Source: Deltaproteobacteria bacterium
Lineage (GTDB): Bacteria > Myxococcota_A > Polyangia > Polyangiales > Houyiibacteriaceae
Length of the DNA stretch: 64,000 nucleotides
NCBI GenBank assembly: GCA_034670305.1
Contig: JAXMNT010000039.1
Location: forward strand, 1-64,000
Direction of reading: 5' to 3'
Numbering within the stretch: position 1 is the stretch's first letter; every line of letters begins with the position of its first letter. A program made the position numbers and the translations under genes. The notes beneath the pieces are model-generated. The model searched no databases and was not told the DNA's origin. It saw nothing but the letters and a program-made list of their open reading frames with translations. Positions 37,115 through 47,211 of this stretch are shown piece by piece.

Positions 37115-39297
37115 TGGAACGGAGGCCTCACGAAGCACTACATGCGTACGCGGTGGCCGCCCCCCTGTGTGAACCATTGGCCTTCCGTCTATGCCTACGA
37201 CAGTTGGGGGACTGGCAGCGGGGTGTTGCCAGGGACGCAATCCCGGTCGCAAAGGCAACGAGGCGGCGTCTGCGCGAACATGGGCGGGGTCGTTCACTGC
37301 GAGAGCTTGAGTCGATTCGCGACGGTGCCTGGTTCGCAGCCAAGAAGGGAAGAGCGACACCTCGCACGGTGCTCAAGCGCTATGCGGACTCATTGCTCTC
37401 AGCGAACGGGGAACTGCAGACCGGGGGCGCTCCGTGGTGGCGCACGATACGAAACTACCGTTGGGCGACACTCGCGTTGCCATGGGAAGTGCTGTTGCTT
37501 GCGGTCGCACAGACGACGCCGACCGAGTTACGCCGCCCTGACCTCCTGTCTGCGATCGGCCCGCTCTCGCGCCGGTGGAGCGAGAACCACCTCCATCAGG
37601 GCGGAGCTGCGGAGTACAGCGAACTGTGGACCGGCCTCATGCTGGATGCGTATCAGGGCACGTTGAGTCTCGCGAGCATGCCGGAGGACAAGGCTATTCC
37701 GATGGGCTCACCCACCGGGGTCGAGCGACTCCTCTATCAAGCTGCCGCCGTTCGCATGCGTTTGGTTGGCTTCAATCACAAGCCGGCAAGCGTGGGTGAG
37801 AGACGGGCCTGGAACGCTCTCGACGCGACCTGGCTTGGAGCGACCAGACAGCCACTCGGAGACTATCGACTGCTGTCTCGTGGAGTCAGGGTGCACAGAC
37901 GTGGTGGCTGCCCGACTGACCCCGCCTCCGTAGCCCTCGGCCAGCCAAGTCCATCCGCCGAGTGCGAGGTGCTCCACAAGGCACTGCACTCCTCATGCGT
38001 GTACTCGTTGCAGTACCTGCGGGTGTACTGCTGGCTCTACCGATACGTTGTGCAGCAGCCGGGTGTCCAAGGCCTGGGTTGGTTCGATCGTCACTACCGC
38101 AGGCTGGACACACTCACCAAGGGCATCGAAGACCATCGCCAACGACGAGCACTTCGCCTCACCGAGTCACATCTGCGGGCGCAACATGTGGAAACGCGTT
38201 CGACCCCACGTCGTGCCTTGAGGAAGATCCTTGAGACACACCGACTCGCCCACGAGGTAGGTACACGCGTGAGGTTCGCCGTGCATTTTCTCCGCGCCGA
38301 CTCACGCAAGACTCCATGGCATCGCGATTGGCTGGAGGAGAACCGAGGGTCCGCGACGACCGTCGCCCGCCTGATACGTCGACCCGGACCCTCGTTCTCT
38401 GCAGTCGATTGTGCCAACGATGAACTCAGCGTACCGACCGGTATCGAGAATGCGGTCCTCCACTGCGCACTAGCTAGCGCATCCAGGTCAAGGCATCCGC
38501 CCGCACTGTCACTCCATGCCGGCGAGGACTATCGCTCACCCTTGGAGGGTCTGAGACGCGTCGATCGTGTCTTGATGCTGGCATCACACTACGGACTCAG
38601 GGCCCGCATTGGGCACGGCCTTGCACTTCTCGAGTCACGTGAACGCAGCCGTGAAGGAAGGCTCCTGCAGCCCCGCTTCGAGCGGCTGTGTGACTTGCGG
38701 TGGGAAGAACACCTGGCGTGGGACATGCGGATCCGACGGGGGGACGGCCGCAAGCGTGCGGTCGAACATGAGATGCGTCTGCTTCTGGACGAGATGGAAC
38801 TCGGTTCGACGCCGCTCCCTCAAGCCCGTGTTCTACTTGATCGGTTCACGAGCCCGGACGAGACCTTCGCCCTGCATGGGCGGAAGCCATACCGCTACGA
38901 GGATCCGCTGAGTCAGTTCTTGGGCAACCGTCGAAAGACTCTCCTTGGTCAACAACCCGTCGAGGTTGTCTGGAACTCAAGCGAGAGAGAGGTCTCGCAA
39001 GCCGCACGGGACGCGGTCCGTCGAAAGGCGATCGACATGGGTGCCTTCATCGAGTGCTGTCCGTCCAGCAATCTCCTGGTCGGAGACTACAATGCGCTCG
39101 AAGACCACCCGATGTATCTGGAAGAGAACGAGCAGCTGAAGCTCACTATCAACTCGGATGACCCGCTGACATTCGCAACCTGCCTCGCGGACGAAATCGC
39201 CTATGCACTCGCGGGTGCCATTGCGAGCGGAATGACGCTGCCCGAGGCGCTCACGTGGATCGACCGCCTCCGGCGAAATGGAAACGCAGTTCCGTAG
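37114..39297 (+). CDS. rdrB: RADAR adenosine deaminase RdrB-like
   Basis: ENHLHQGGA, HAGED, RIGHG, ECCPSSN and TINSDDP deaminase motifs in a ~730-aa protein. Confidence 0.85.
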   Translation: MERRPHEALHAYAVAAPLCEPLAFRLCLRQLGDWQRGVARDAIPVAKATRRRLREHGRGRSLRELESIRDGAWFAAKKGRATPRTVLKRYADSLLSANGELQTGGAPWWRTIRNYRWATLALPWEVLLLAVAQTTPTELRRPDLLSAIGPLSRRWSENHLHQGGAAEYSELWTGLMLDAYQGTLSLASMPEDKAIPMGSPTGVERLLYQAAAVRMRLVGFNHKPASVGERRAWNALDATWLGATRQPLGDYRLLSRGVRVHRRGGCPTDPASVALGQPSPSAECEVLHKALHSSCVYSLQYLRVYCWLYRYVVQQPGVQGLGWFDRHYRRLDTLTKGIEDHRQRRALRLTESHLRAQHVETRSTPRRALRKILETHRLAHEVGTRVRFAVHFLRADSRKTPWHRDWLEENRGSATTVARLIRRPGPSFSAVDCANDELSVPTGIENAVLHCALASASRSRHPPALSLHAGEDYRSPLEGLRRVDRVLMLASHYGLRARIGHGLALLESRERSREGRLLQPRFERLCDLRWEEHLAWDMRIRRGDGRKRAVEHEMRLLLDEMELGSTPLPQARVLLDRFTSPDETFALHGRKPYRYEDPLSQFLGNRRKTLLGQQPVEVVWNSSEREVSQAARDAVRRKAIDMGAFIECCPSSNLLVGDYNALEDHPMYLEENEQLKLTINSDDPLTFATCLADEIAYALAGAIASGMTLPEALTWIDRLRRNGNAVP

Positions 39298-39650
39298 CGG
39301 CACCGCTGTCGACGTACACGTGCACTCTCCTGCAGGCCATCGCGTGACCCGTCAACGCCCGTTCAATTTCGGGAGAGGAACGCAGGAGTTCGAACGAGTG
39401 TGGGGGAGTTCCGTCGCAGGACAACGAACTGCAGACGGCCGTCCACTGTCGTCCCCTACCAAGACACCGCTCAGAAGCACGAAGCGCTCGCAGCATCCCT
39501 GACTTCTCTCCCCCAATCCCCCAACTCTTGCGTTCCTCCCCTCAAAAGAACCAAGAGCCAACGCGAACCACCACCAAGCAGGAGAGCCCCGCCCGCGAGA
39601 ACAACAACACCCGTTCTCTCAAAACGTCAGGTGGGCAACGAGCGGGTCTG

Positions 39651-41282
39651 TCAGGGACAGCTGGTTCGTTCTGCCATCGAGACCTCCCGGCCGCCGAACG
39701 ACAGCGTGTCCGCCGCAATGATCGGCCGGACCGTGAACTCCGCTTCGGTGCTCGTCCGTTCAATCGACCCCGTACGCACTGGCAGCTCGTCGGTGCCAGC
39801 GCTGCAGCTGTCCAGGCCTGGGTGGGACAGGGCAGAGAAGCGCAGCGCGCGGTCGCCCTCCAGGACCGTGCTCAGCACGTAGGTGCGGTCCGCGGTCGGG
39901 ACGAAGGTGTTCGAGTCCACGTCGCCTGGCGCGAAGAGTCTCGTCGACGTCAGGGCGTCGGCGCTCGAGAAACGAATCGCCACCGGCCGAGAAGGCATCC
40001 GCACAATCTCGCGCTCCGCCAGTACCACCAGCTCGTCGCCGATCTCCATCGCGCGCACCGCCCGCAGATCGACGCCCGTGTCGGTCGGCTCGATCGCCAC
40101 GCCCACCCGCACCGCGCCATCGGGCGCGAGTCTCAAGTAGCCCGACCGTGTCACCGGCCCATTCAACACCGCGACCACATCTTCCCCGGCCTCCAGCAGC
40201 CAGGTCACTTGCGCGTCCACGGGGGCGTAGATGCGTCCCCATTCGAAGCCGCCCTCGATTGAGAACCGAGCGACCATCGGCGAGTGGTCCGATATCGGAC
40301 CGGAGTGGCCGCCCACCAACACCCCGCCGCTCGAATCGAGCATCACCGTGTAAGCGGCTTCCTGCGCGTCGGTGCCGAACTCCCGGAGCCACTGGATGAC
40401 CCCGTCTCCTGACATGCGTGCGACGGACGCGTTCAGGACCCGCGTGTCCGGGTCCATCCTCGACCCGGCCAGCAGCATGCCGCCCGCACCGTCTGAAGCA
40501 CAGGCGATGAAGCCCGCGCCCTCCGTCGTGAACTGCTTCGTCCACAGCAGGGCTCCATCCGAGTCGAGCCGAGCCGCCAGCGGACTCCCGGCCACCGACC
40601 CGACCACGAGGATGTCGTCGTCCGAACGCACCGCGCACCGAAGCAGCGCCCCGCGGGGCTCCGGGTTTCCGACCGTCGTCGCCCATCGCTCAGACCCCGC
40701 GAAGTCGAACCCCGCCACGAACGCTTCGCTTCCGTCCAGGCTGCGACTGCGCCCAAGCGCGACGAACCCATCGTCGACCGACACACCCGCGAGGACCTGC
40801 TCGGACGCAATCCCGTACTCGGTGATCCACGGCTCCACCTGACAGTCGCCGCCCATGCAGGTGCTGCCCGCAGCGCAGTCCACCAACGTCTCAGTGGCCC
40901 CGTCGGCGTCACACTCGGCGACGGTTTCCGGGTCGACACAAGTGCGTGCGTCCGGGACGCAGACGTCTTCCATGCAGCTGTTCGAAGCGCAGTGCTCCGC
41001 CGGCGCACAGTCGGCGTGGGCCACGCATTCCACGCACTCACCCGTTGAGGAACACGTCTCACCCAAGCAGTGGTCGTCGGAGAGACACTCGACGCAGACT
41101 CGAGCGTCGGAATCGCAGTACGAGTCACCGCTGCAGCCGCCGCACACATCGGCGGCGTCCATGCCCCCATCCAGACCAACCCCCACATCGACGCCCGAGT
41201 CCGAGGGCCCCGCGTCCATGTGGTCGTCGTCCCCGCAGGCCACGAGGCAGAGCAAGAACAAAGGCAAAAGACTTCGTGACAT
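39651..41282 (-). CDS. Cys-rich lipoprotein with beta-propeller domain
   Basis: LVAC lipobox, DAG linker, CVEC repeats, 'DSDGALLWTKQF'-type blades; TAGGCT-N6-ATG. Confidence 0.8.
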   Translation of the reverse strand: MSRSLLPLFLLCLVACGDDDHMDAGPSDSGVDVGVGLDGGMDAADVCGGCSGDSYCDSDARVCVECLSDDHCLGETCSSTGECVECVAHADCAPAEHCASNSCMEDVCVPDARTCVDPETVAECDADGATETLVDCAAGSTCMGGDCQVEPWITEYGIASEQVLAGVSVDDGFVALGRSRSLDGSEAFVAGFDFAGSERWATTVGNPEPRGALLRCAVRSDDDILVVGSVAGSPLAARLDSDGALLWTKQFTTEGAGFIACASDGAGGMLLAGSRMDPDTRVLNASVARMSGDGVIQWLREFGTDAQEAAYTVMLDSSGGVLVGGHSGPISDHSPMVARFSIEGGFEWGRIYAPVDAQVTWLLEAGEDVVAVLNGPVTRSGYLRLAPDGAVRVGVAIEPTDTGVDLRAVRAMEIGDELVVLAEREIVRMPSRPVAIRFSSADALTSTRLFAPGDVDSNTFVPTADRTYVLSTVLEGDRALRFSALSHPGLDSCSAGTDELPVRTGSIERTSTEAEFTVRPIIAADTLSFGGREVSMAERTSCP

Positions 41283-41416
41283 GAGACCAGCCTATGCCGA
41301 GCCAATCTCCGGATGCAATCGGCGTTCTGTTCTCGAGAAACGCTCGGCCACAAAATTCGTCATCACGGGGTTGTTGTCGGATGCGGTAGCCTCCCTCGCA
41401 CCGTGGGGATGCCGTC

Positions 41417-43543
41417 ATGAGCTGGAAGCTTTCGTTCAAGCCTGCCGCGTTTCATGCGCTTTCGGCCAACGTGCCGAAGAACGACCTGCCCCGCGTCCTG
41501 CGCGGCCTCGATGCCCTGTGCGAGGACCCCACGCCGAATGGATCGCAGAAGCGCAAGCTCAAGCACGCGAAGGGGCTCTTCCGGTGCAAGGTGCATGGGT
41601 TCCGGGTCATGTACGTGTTCGACGACACCCACGTCTCCGTGCTCGACATCCGCCCGCGCGAGGACGACCACGCCACGTACTCCGGGCTGCCCGCCCCCGA
41701 ACACCAAGGCGCCGGCCCCGATGCGGACCTGCCGGAAGCACCCGACGCGAAAGCGAAGCCCGCGTCGGTGCCGCCGCCGTTCCTCGAGGTGCCCGCCAGC
41801 GAGAGCACCGCGCTGCCGCGCCCGATCACCGAAGAGCTGCTCGCCGCGCTGCGGGTGCCAGAGGCGTTCTGGGCGGCGCTCACCGCGTGCGACTCCGAAG
41901 AGGCGCTGCTGGATTGCGACGCCGTGCCCGAACAGCACCGGCTCGCCGTGGTCGACGGGCTCGTCGGGCGGCCCGTCGAGGAGCTCCTCGCCCAGCCGGA
42001 CCTCTTGGTGCCTGCCGCCGACGATCTCTTGCGCTACCGCGAAGGAGAGCTGCTCGGCTTCTTGCTGCGGCTCGACCCGGAGCAGGAGAAGTTCGTGCAT
42101 TGGGCGGCCGATGCCAAAGGGCCGACGCTGCTCAAGGGCGGGCCCGGCACCGGCAAGTCGACCGTGGCGCTGCACCGGGTGAAGGTGTTCGTGCAGAAGC
42201 TGCGTGCGGCTGGCGTGCCGAAGCCGCGCATCCTCTTCACCACCTACACCCGCGCGCTCACCCGGGTGAGCGAGCAGCTGCTCGAGCAGCTGCTCGGCGA
42301 AGACGCAAAGCTGGTCGAGGTCAGCACCGCGGACAGCGTCGCCGCGGGCATCGTGCGGCGCGCGGACGGCAACCAGACGGTGGCCACCTTCAAGGAGCAA
42401 TGCGGGCTCTTCGAACAAGCGATGCGCGACGCGAAGTTCGAGGGCAACGCGCTCCAGGTCGCGGCCCAGCGCAAGACGCTGGAGCGCACCGGCACCGATT
42501 ACTTGATGGAAGAGGTGCTCGGGGTGATCGAAGCGCGGGCGCTTGCCGACTTCGACGCCTACCTGGAGACCTCGCGTGCAGGCCGCCGGCTGCCGCTCGC
42601 CAAGACGCAGCGCAAGGCGGTGTGGGCGGTGCGGGAAGCGTTCGTGCGGCTCGTGGATGCGAGCGGCAAGACCACGTGGGAGCGGCTGCGGGCCCGGGCC
42701 GCGGAGCTCACGCAGGCGGCTGAGGGCGACTCGAAAGCCGTCACGCCGTACGACGCGGTGGTCGTCGACGAAGCCCAAGACTTGCAGCCGAGCGCGCTGC
42801 GCATGCTGGTCGGCCTGGCGAAGGATCCCTCGCGGCTCTTTCTGACCGCGGATGCGAACCAGTCGATCTACGGCGCCGGGTTCCGGTGGGCCGACGTGCA
42901 CGAGGACCTGCGCTTCGTCGGCCGGACCGGGGTGCTGCGGGCCAACCACCGCTCGACGCGCGAGAACGCGGAGGCCGGCGAGAGTTACCTCGATGGCGGC
43001 AGCGCGGCGCTCGACCGGGAGGATGGCCAGGGCGGCAAGGCGGGCACGTACCTGCACCGCGGGCCGGTGCCCGTGGTCCGCAGCGTCGTGCAACGAGACG
43101 AGGTGGCGCTCGTCGCGCGGTTCGTGCGGGGCGCCACCCGCGCGCTTCGGCTCGGGACCGGGTCGGCCGCGGTGCTGTGTCCCACCCGCAAGCAGGTGCA
43201 GCGCATCACCGAGGGGCTCGAGGGTGCCGGCATCGCCGCGCTCGCGGTGGACGCCGACGATCTCGATCTGAGCAGCGCCGGCGTGAAGGTGATGACGCTG
43301 AAGTCGGCGAAGGGGCTGGAGTTCCCGGTGGTGGTGATCGCTGGGCTCGGGGACGAGAACTTCCCCGCGCTGTGGACCCGAGTAGACGCCGACCAACGCC
43401 AGGAGCTGGTCGAGCGGGAGCGCCGCACCATGTACGTGGCGATGACCCGCGCCATGCGCGCGCTGATGGTGGTGCTGCCCAAGGAGCGTCGCGGCGTCTC
43501 GCTCTTCGAGGGCTTCGACCGGAAGCTGTGGAACAAGTCATGA
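41417..43543 (+). CDS. RelE/ParE-like domain fused to UvrD/REP (SF1) helicase
   Basis: N-terminal ~85 aa RelE-like (KLKHAKGLFRCKVHGFRVMY); GGPGTGKS, VVVDEAQD, DANQSIY, NHRST, SAKGLEF, YVAMTRA; ATGA-coupled to drmA. Confidence 0.85.
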   Translation: MSWKLSFKPAAFHALSANVPKNDLPRVLRGLDALCEDPTPNGSQKRKLKHAKGLFRCKVHGFRVMYVFDDTHVSVLDIRPREDDHATYSGLPAPEHQGAGPDADLPEAPDAKAKPASVPPPFLEVPASESTALPRPITEELLAALRVPEAFWAALTACDSEEALLDCDAVPEQHRLAVVDGLVGRPVEELLAQPDLLVPAADDLLRYREGELLGFLLRLDPEQEKFVHWAADAKGPTLLKGGPGTGKSTVALHRVKVFVQKLRAAGVPKPRILFTTYTRALTRVSEQLLEQLLGEDAKLVEVSTADSVAAGIVRRADGNQTVATFKEQCGLFEQAMRDAKFEGNALQVAAQRKTLERTGTDYLMEEVLGVIEARALADFDAYLETSRAGRRLPLAKTQRKAVWAVREAFVRLVDASGKTTWERLRARAAELTQAAEGDSKAVTPYDAVVVDEAQDLQPSALRMLVGLAKDPSRLFLTADANQSIYGAGFRWADVHEDLRFVGRTGVLRANHRSTRENAEAGESYLDGGSAALDREDGQGGKAGTYLHRGPVPVVRSVVQRDEVALVARFVRGATRALRLGTGSAAVLCPTRKQVQRITEGLEGAGIAALAVDADDLDLSSAGVKVMTLKSAKGLEFPVVVIAGLGDENFPALWTRVDADQRQELVERERRTMYVAMTRAMRALMVVLPKERRGVSLFEGFDRKLWNKS

Positions 43544-46500
43544 CCGAGACCATGCAACTCCCCGCGCAGTGCGACGACGTCGCGCTCGCCTCGAAGCTCA
43601 ACCGCGGCATCAAGGAGGGCAGCGCCACCGCCGACTGGGCTGCCGTACACGACGTGAGCGATGCGTTCCTGCGGGCGCTGGTGGCCGGGCTGGATCTGGA
43701 CGCCGCAGCCGACGCGATCGGCGCGGACACGATGTCGGACGCCATCGCATCGCGGGTGGTGAAGGCCTTCGAGGGAACGTTCACCGAACGCAAAGCGCCG
43801 TCGGGCGGCGTGGACTTGTCCGAAGCCCTCGCCGCGCGTGCCGCTATCGTGCGCGGACTGGAAGCGGACCTCATCGGCCCGTTCACGGACACGGGCGAAG
43901 AGCTGCTGCCGCTCGCGCCCTCCCGCTGGTACCTGACCGGCTTCCTGGCGCCGGAACTCGCCCGGGAGACCGACGACCCGACGGCCGAGGAGGACGAGAC
44001 CCACCTGGACGAGTCGTTCGAAGAACCGAGTGGGCCCGCGCAGCAGCCCAAACAGAAGCGCCGGTTCCCCGCGTCGATCGGGATGAGTGTGATCCTGCCG
44101 GCGGACGGCCAGACGATCGAAGCCAGGGTGCGGTTCGGGGAGTACGAACCCGAGGTGGTCTTCGAAGGCACGACGCCGAGCGGCAAGCCGAGGAAGAAGA
44201 CGCTCTGGCGACGAAAGGCGGTCGAGTCCGACTGGACCACCGTCACACTCTCGAAGGCAGACCTCGCGACCGGGGGTGTGCCGGTGGAGGGCGCGCCGGG
44301 TCTGTGGCTGGTGGGACAGATCGAGCCCGCCGAAGCACCTGGACTTCCCGACGGAGCCCGCGCGCTCGCGCTCTTCGTCGTGAACCGCCGGACGCCCGGT
44401 GGTCGGGGCGAACAGGACAAGAGCTTCGTCTTCCAAGTGGAGATGGAGGTGCGCTTCGAACCCGGCTTCGTGCCGCGCCCGGACCGGCACGGCGAGACGA
44501 GCAGCGAGACCGACGACCTGATCGCGGATCTTCAGTTCCGCGGGCGGGCCGAGTTCGCCGTCGGCCACGGCGTCTCGGTGGACGCACCGACCGACAGCCA
44601 CGCGCGGGTGACGACGGTGCGCACGACCTGGATGCCGCGGCACGAGGTCGCGCGGGTGCGGGCCCGCAAACCACCCGAGGGCAGCACCGTCTCGATGGAC
44701 GAGCTGGCGCAGCTTCAGAGCGAGGATGTCCGGGACCGGCTCGGGCCCATCGCCGACGACTACGCCGCGTGGATCGCCGCGCAGTCGAAACGCACCGACG
44801 GCATCGACAGCAAGGCTCGGCGCGGAACGCGGGACGAGCTCATGTTCCGAGCCGAGCGCGCCCGGCAACGCATCGTGCGCGGCGTCGAGCGCCTCGCGAC
44901 CGACCCGGAGTTGCTCGAGGTATTCCGGCTCGCCAACCGCGCGATGGCGGAGTCTGCGCGCAAGCGCTCGCCCGAACGCTACGAACGCGGAGCCGTGCCT
45001 TCGTGGCGGCTCTTCCAGCTCGCGTTCATGCTCTTGAACCTCGACGGGCTCGCGGACCCGGCGCACCCGGACCGGAAGGAAGTCGAACTGATCTTCTTCC
45101 CCACCGGTGGTGGCAAGACCGAGGCGTACCTTGGCGTCATCGCGATGACGCTCTTGCTCCGGCGCATGCGCGGCCAATCGCGGCCCGACCGCGGGCTCGG
45201 GGTGGCGGTGATCCTCCGCTACACGCTGCGCCTGCTCACGCTCGACCAGCTCGGCCGCGCGGCGACGCTGATCTGCGCGCTGGAACTGCTCCGCCGAGAG
45301 CAGCCCGAGTTGCTCGGACGAGAGCGCTTCACCGTCGGGTTGTGGGTCGGGCTCAGTGCCACCGCCAACACCCTCGGCGCGCTCAAGAAGCAGGTCGCCG
45401 ACTACGGGAAGAGCACCGCGAAGAACCCGGAGAGCCCGTTCCCGCTGCCTGAGTGCCCGTGGTGTCGAACCGCGATCGGGAAGCGCAGCTTCAGCCTGCG
45501 GCCCGACGCGAAGAAGACCGAGGCGATCTACGCCGGCTGTCTGGGGAGGGATTGTCCATTCAACTTTCGACGCTCACCGCTCGGCATGCCGGTGCTCTTT
45601 GTGGATGAGCAGATTTACGCCGAGTTGCCTTCGTTCGTCGTCGGGACCGTCGACAAGTTCGCGATGCTTCCGTGGCGCGGTGAGACCGCGAAACTCTTCG
45701 GGCGGGTGAGCGCCCGGGTCGACACGGCCTGGCCGGTCGACGGCGGCGGAGAAGAGATCGCGAGCCGGTTCGTCGGCGCGGCGGACGGCAGCACCAAAGG
45801 CGCGACGCTTCTGACGGGTGGGCTGCCTCCGCCCGAACTCATCGTCCAGGACGAGCTGCACCTCATCAGTGGACCGCTCGGCACGATGGTGGGCCTCTAC
45901 GAGACCGCGATCGACTTCCTCTGCCAGCAGGAACGCGACGGGGTGCTCGTGCGTCCGAAGATCCTGGCGTCGACGGCCACAGTGCGCCGGGCGCGCGAGC
46001 AGATCCATGCGCTCTTCGCGCGCGACGGGGTGAACGTCTTTCCGCCGCCGGGCATCGACGACGGCGAGAGCTACTTCGCGGAACTCGATGTCGACGCCGA
46101 CGGAAACGTGTTGCCGGGGCGCCTCTACCTGGGCGTCGCCGCGGCGTCTCGTTCGATGAAGGGCGTGCTCGCGCGGACCTACACCGCGGCGCTTGCCGGC
46201 GGACAGAAGCAGTACGAGATGCGCGGTGCGGCGGCGGACCCGTACATGACCTTGGCCGGCTACTTCAACGCGCTCCGGGTCCTCGGCGGCATGCGGCGCC
46301 TGGTGGAAGACGACGTGCGCGGCCGGTGTGCGAAGATCGAAGAGAAGGTCCCCCGCGACTTCCAAGGCAGCCACCCGCACATGTCGACGCGCGCGATCCA
46401 GGCGGAGCCGGTGGAACTCACGTCACGCGAGACGACGGGCAAGATCAAAGAGGCGAAGGACCGGCTCGACCAACCGCACAGTGACCCGAAGCACGTTGAC

Positions 46501-47211
46501 GTCGTGCTCGCGTCCAACATGATCTCCGTCGGCGTCGACATCGACCGCCTCGGACTGATGGTCGTCGCCGGGCAGCCAAAGTCGACCGCCGAGTACATCC
46601 AGGCGTCGAGCCGGGTCGGCCGCCAGTTCCCTGGGCTCGTGCTCACGTGTTTCAACGTCAGCAAACCGCGGGACCGCTCCCACTACGAACGTTTCACGGC
46701 CTACCACGCGAGCTTCTACCGCTTCGTCGAAGCGACCAGCCTCACGCCCTTCTCGGCGCGGGCGATCGAACGTGGACTGGTCGGCACGCTCTTCGCGATG
46801 ACCCGCCTCGGCGACGACGCACTCACGCCCGCGATCGGCGCGCGGTACATCGAAGCACACCGCGAGGCGGCCGAGCGGGCCGTCGAAGCGATCACGGAGC
46901 GAGCCCGCGCCCACCAGCGGCTCGGCACCGAGGAAGAAGAGCGGCTCGTGCAGGCGCTCCGAAAGCGGGCGCGGCAGTTGATCGACATCTGGATCAAGCT
47001 CGTGCACGGCGAAGCAGAGCGCTGCTACTCGCGCTTCGAGAAGGGACGCGGTCTCGGACGACCGCTCCTCACGATGCCGCTCGAGAAGGTGGAACACGGC
47101 GAGGTACACCTCGAGCGCGAACTCGTCGCACCGACCTCGATGCGCGACGTCGAACCCGAAGTGCACCTGTGGCTTGAACGCGCGAACCGAATCGAAGGAG
47201 CGGACGCATGA
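43540..47211 (+). CDS. drmA: DISARM helicase DrmA
   Basis: DLIGP...PSRWYLTGFL, WRLFQLAF, FFPTGGGKTEAY, RYTLRLLTLDQ, QDELHLISGPLG, STAT, ISVGVDIDRLG, YIQASSRVGR. Confidence 0.92.
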   Translation: MTETMQLPAQCDDVALASKLNRGIKEGSATADWAAVHDVSDAFLRALVAGLDLDAAADAIGADTMSDAIASRVVKAFEGTFTERKAPSGGVDLSEALAARAAIVRGLEADLIGPFTDTGEELLPLAPSRWYLTGFLAPELARETDDPTAEEDETHLDESFEEPSGPAQQPKQKRRFPASIGMSVILPADGQTIEARVRFGEYEPEVVFEGTTPSGKPRKKTLWRRKAVESDWTTVTLSKADLATGGVPVEGAPGLWLVGQIEPAEAPGLPDGARALALFVVNRRTPGGRGEQDKSFVFQVEMEVRFEPGFVPRPDRHGETSSETDDLIADLQFRGRAEFAVGHGVSVDAPTDSHARVTTVRTTWMPRHEVARVRARKPPEGSTVSMDELAQLQSEDVRDRLGPIADDYAAWIAAQSKRTDGIDSKARRGTRDELMFRAERARQRIVRGVERLATDPELLEVFRLANRAMAESARKRSPERYERGAVPSWRLFQLAFMLLNLDGLADPAHPDRKEVELIFFPTGGGKTEAYLGVIAMTLLLRRMRGQSRPDRGLGVAVILRYTLRLLTLDQLGRAATLICALELLRREQPELLGRERFTVGLWVGLSATANTLGALKKQVADYGKSTAKNPESPFPLPECPWCRTAIGKRSFSLRPDAKKTEAIYAGCLGRDCPFNFRRSPLGMPVLFVDEQIYAELPSFVVGTVDKFAMLPWRGETAKLFGRVSARVDTAWPVDGGGEEIASRFVGAADGSTKGATLLTGGLPPPELIVQDELHLISGPLGTMVGLYETAIDFLCQQERDGVLVRPKILASTATVRRAREQIHALFARDGVNVFPPPGIDDGESYFAELDVDADGNVLPGRLYLGVAAASRSMKGVLARTYTAALAGGQKQYEMRGAAADPYMTLAGYFNALRVLGGMRRLVEDDVRGRCAKIEEKVPRDFQGSHPHMSTRAIQAEPVELTSRETTGKIKEAKDRLDQPHSDPKHVDVVLASNMISVGVDIDRLGLMVVAGQPKSTAEYIQASSRVGRQFPGLVLTCFNVSKPRDRSHYERFTAYHASFYRFVEATSLTPFSARAIERGLVGTLFAMTRLGDDALTPAIGARYIEAHREAAERAVEAITERARAHQRLGTEEEERLVQALRKRARQLIDIWIKLVHGEAERCYSRFEKGRGLGRPLLTMPLEKVEHGEVHLERELVAPTSMRDVEPEVHLWLERANRIEGADA

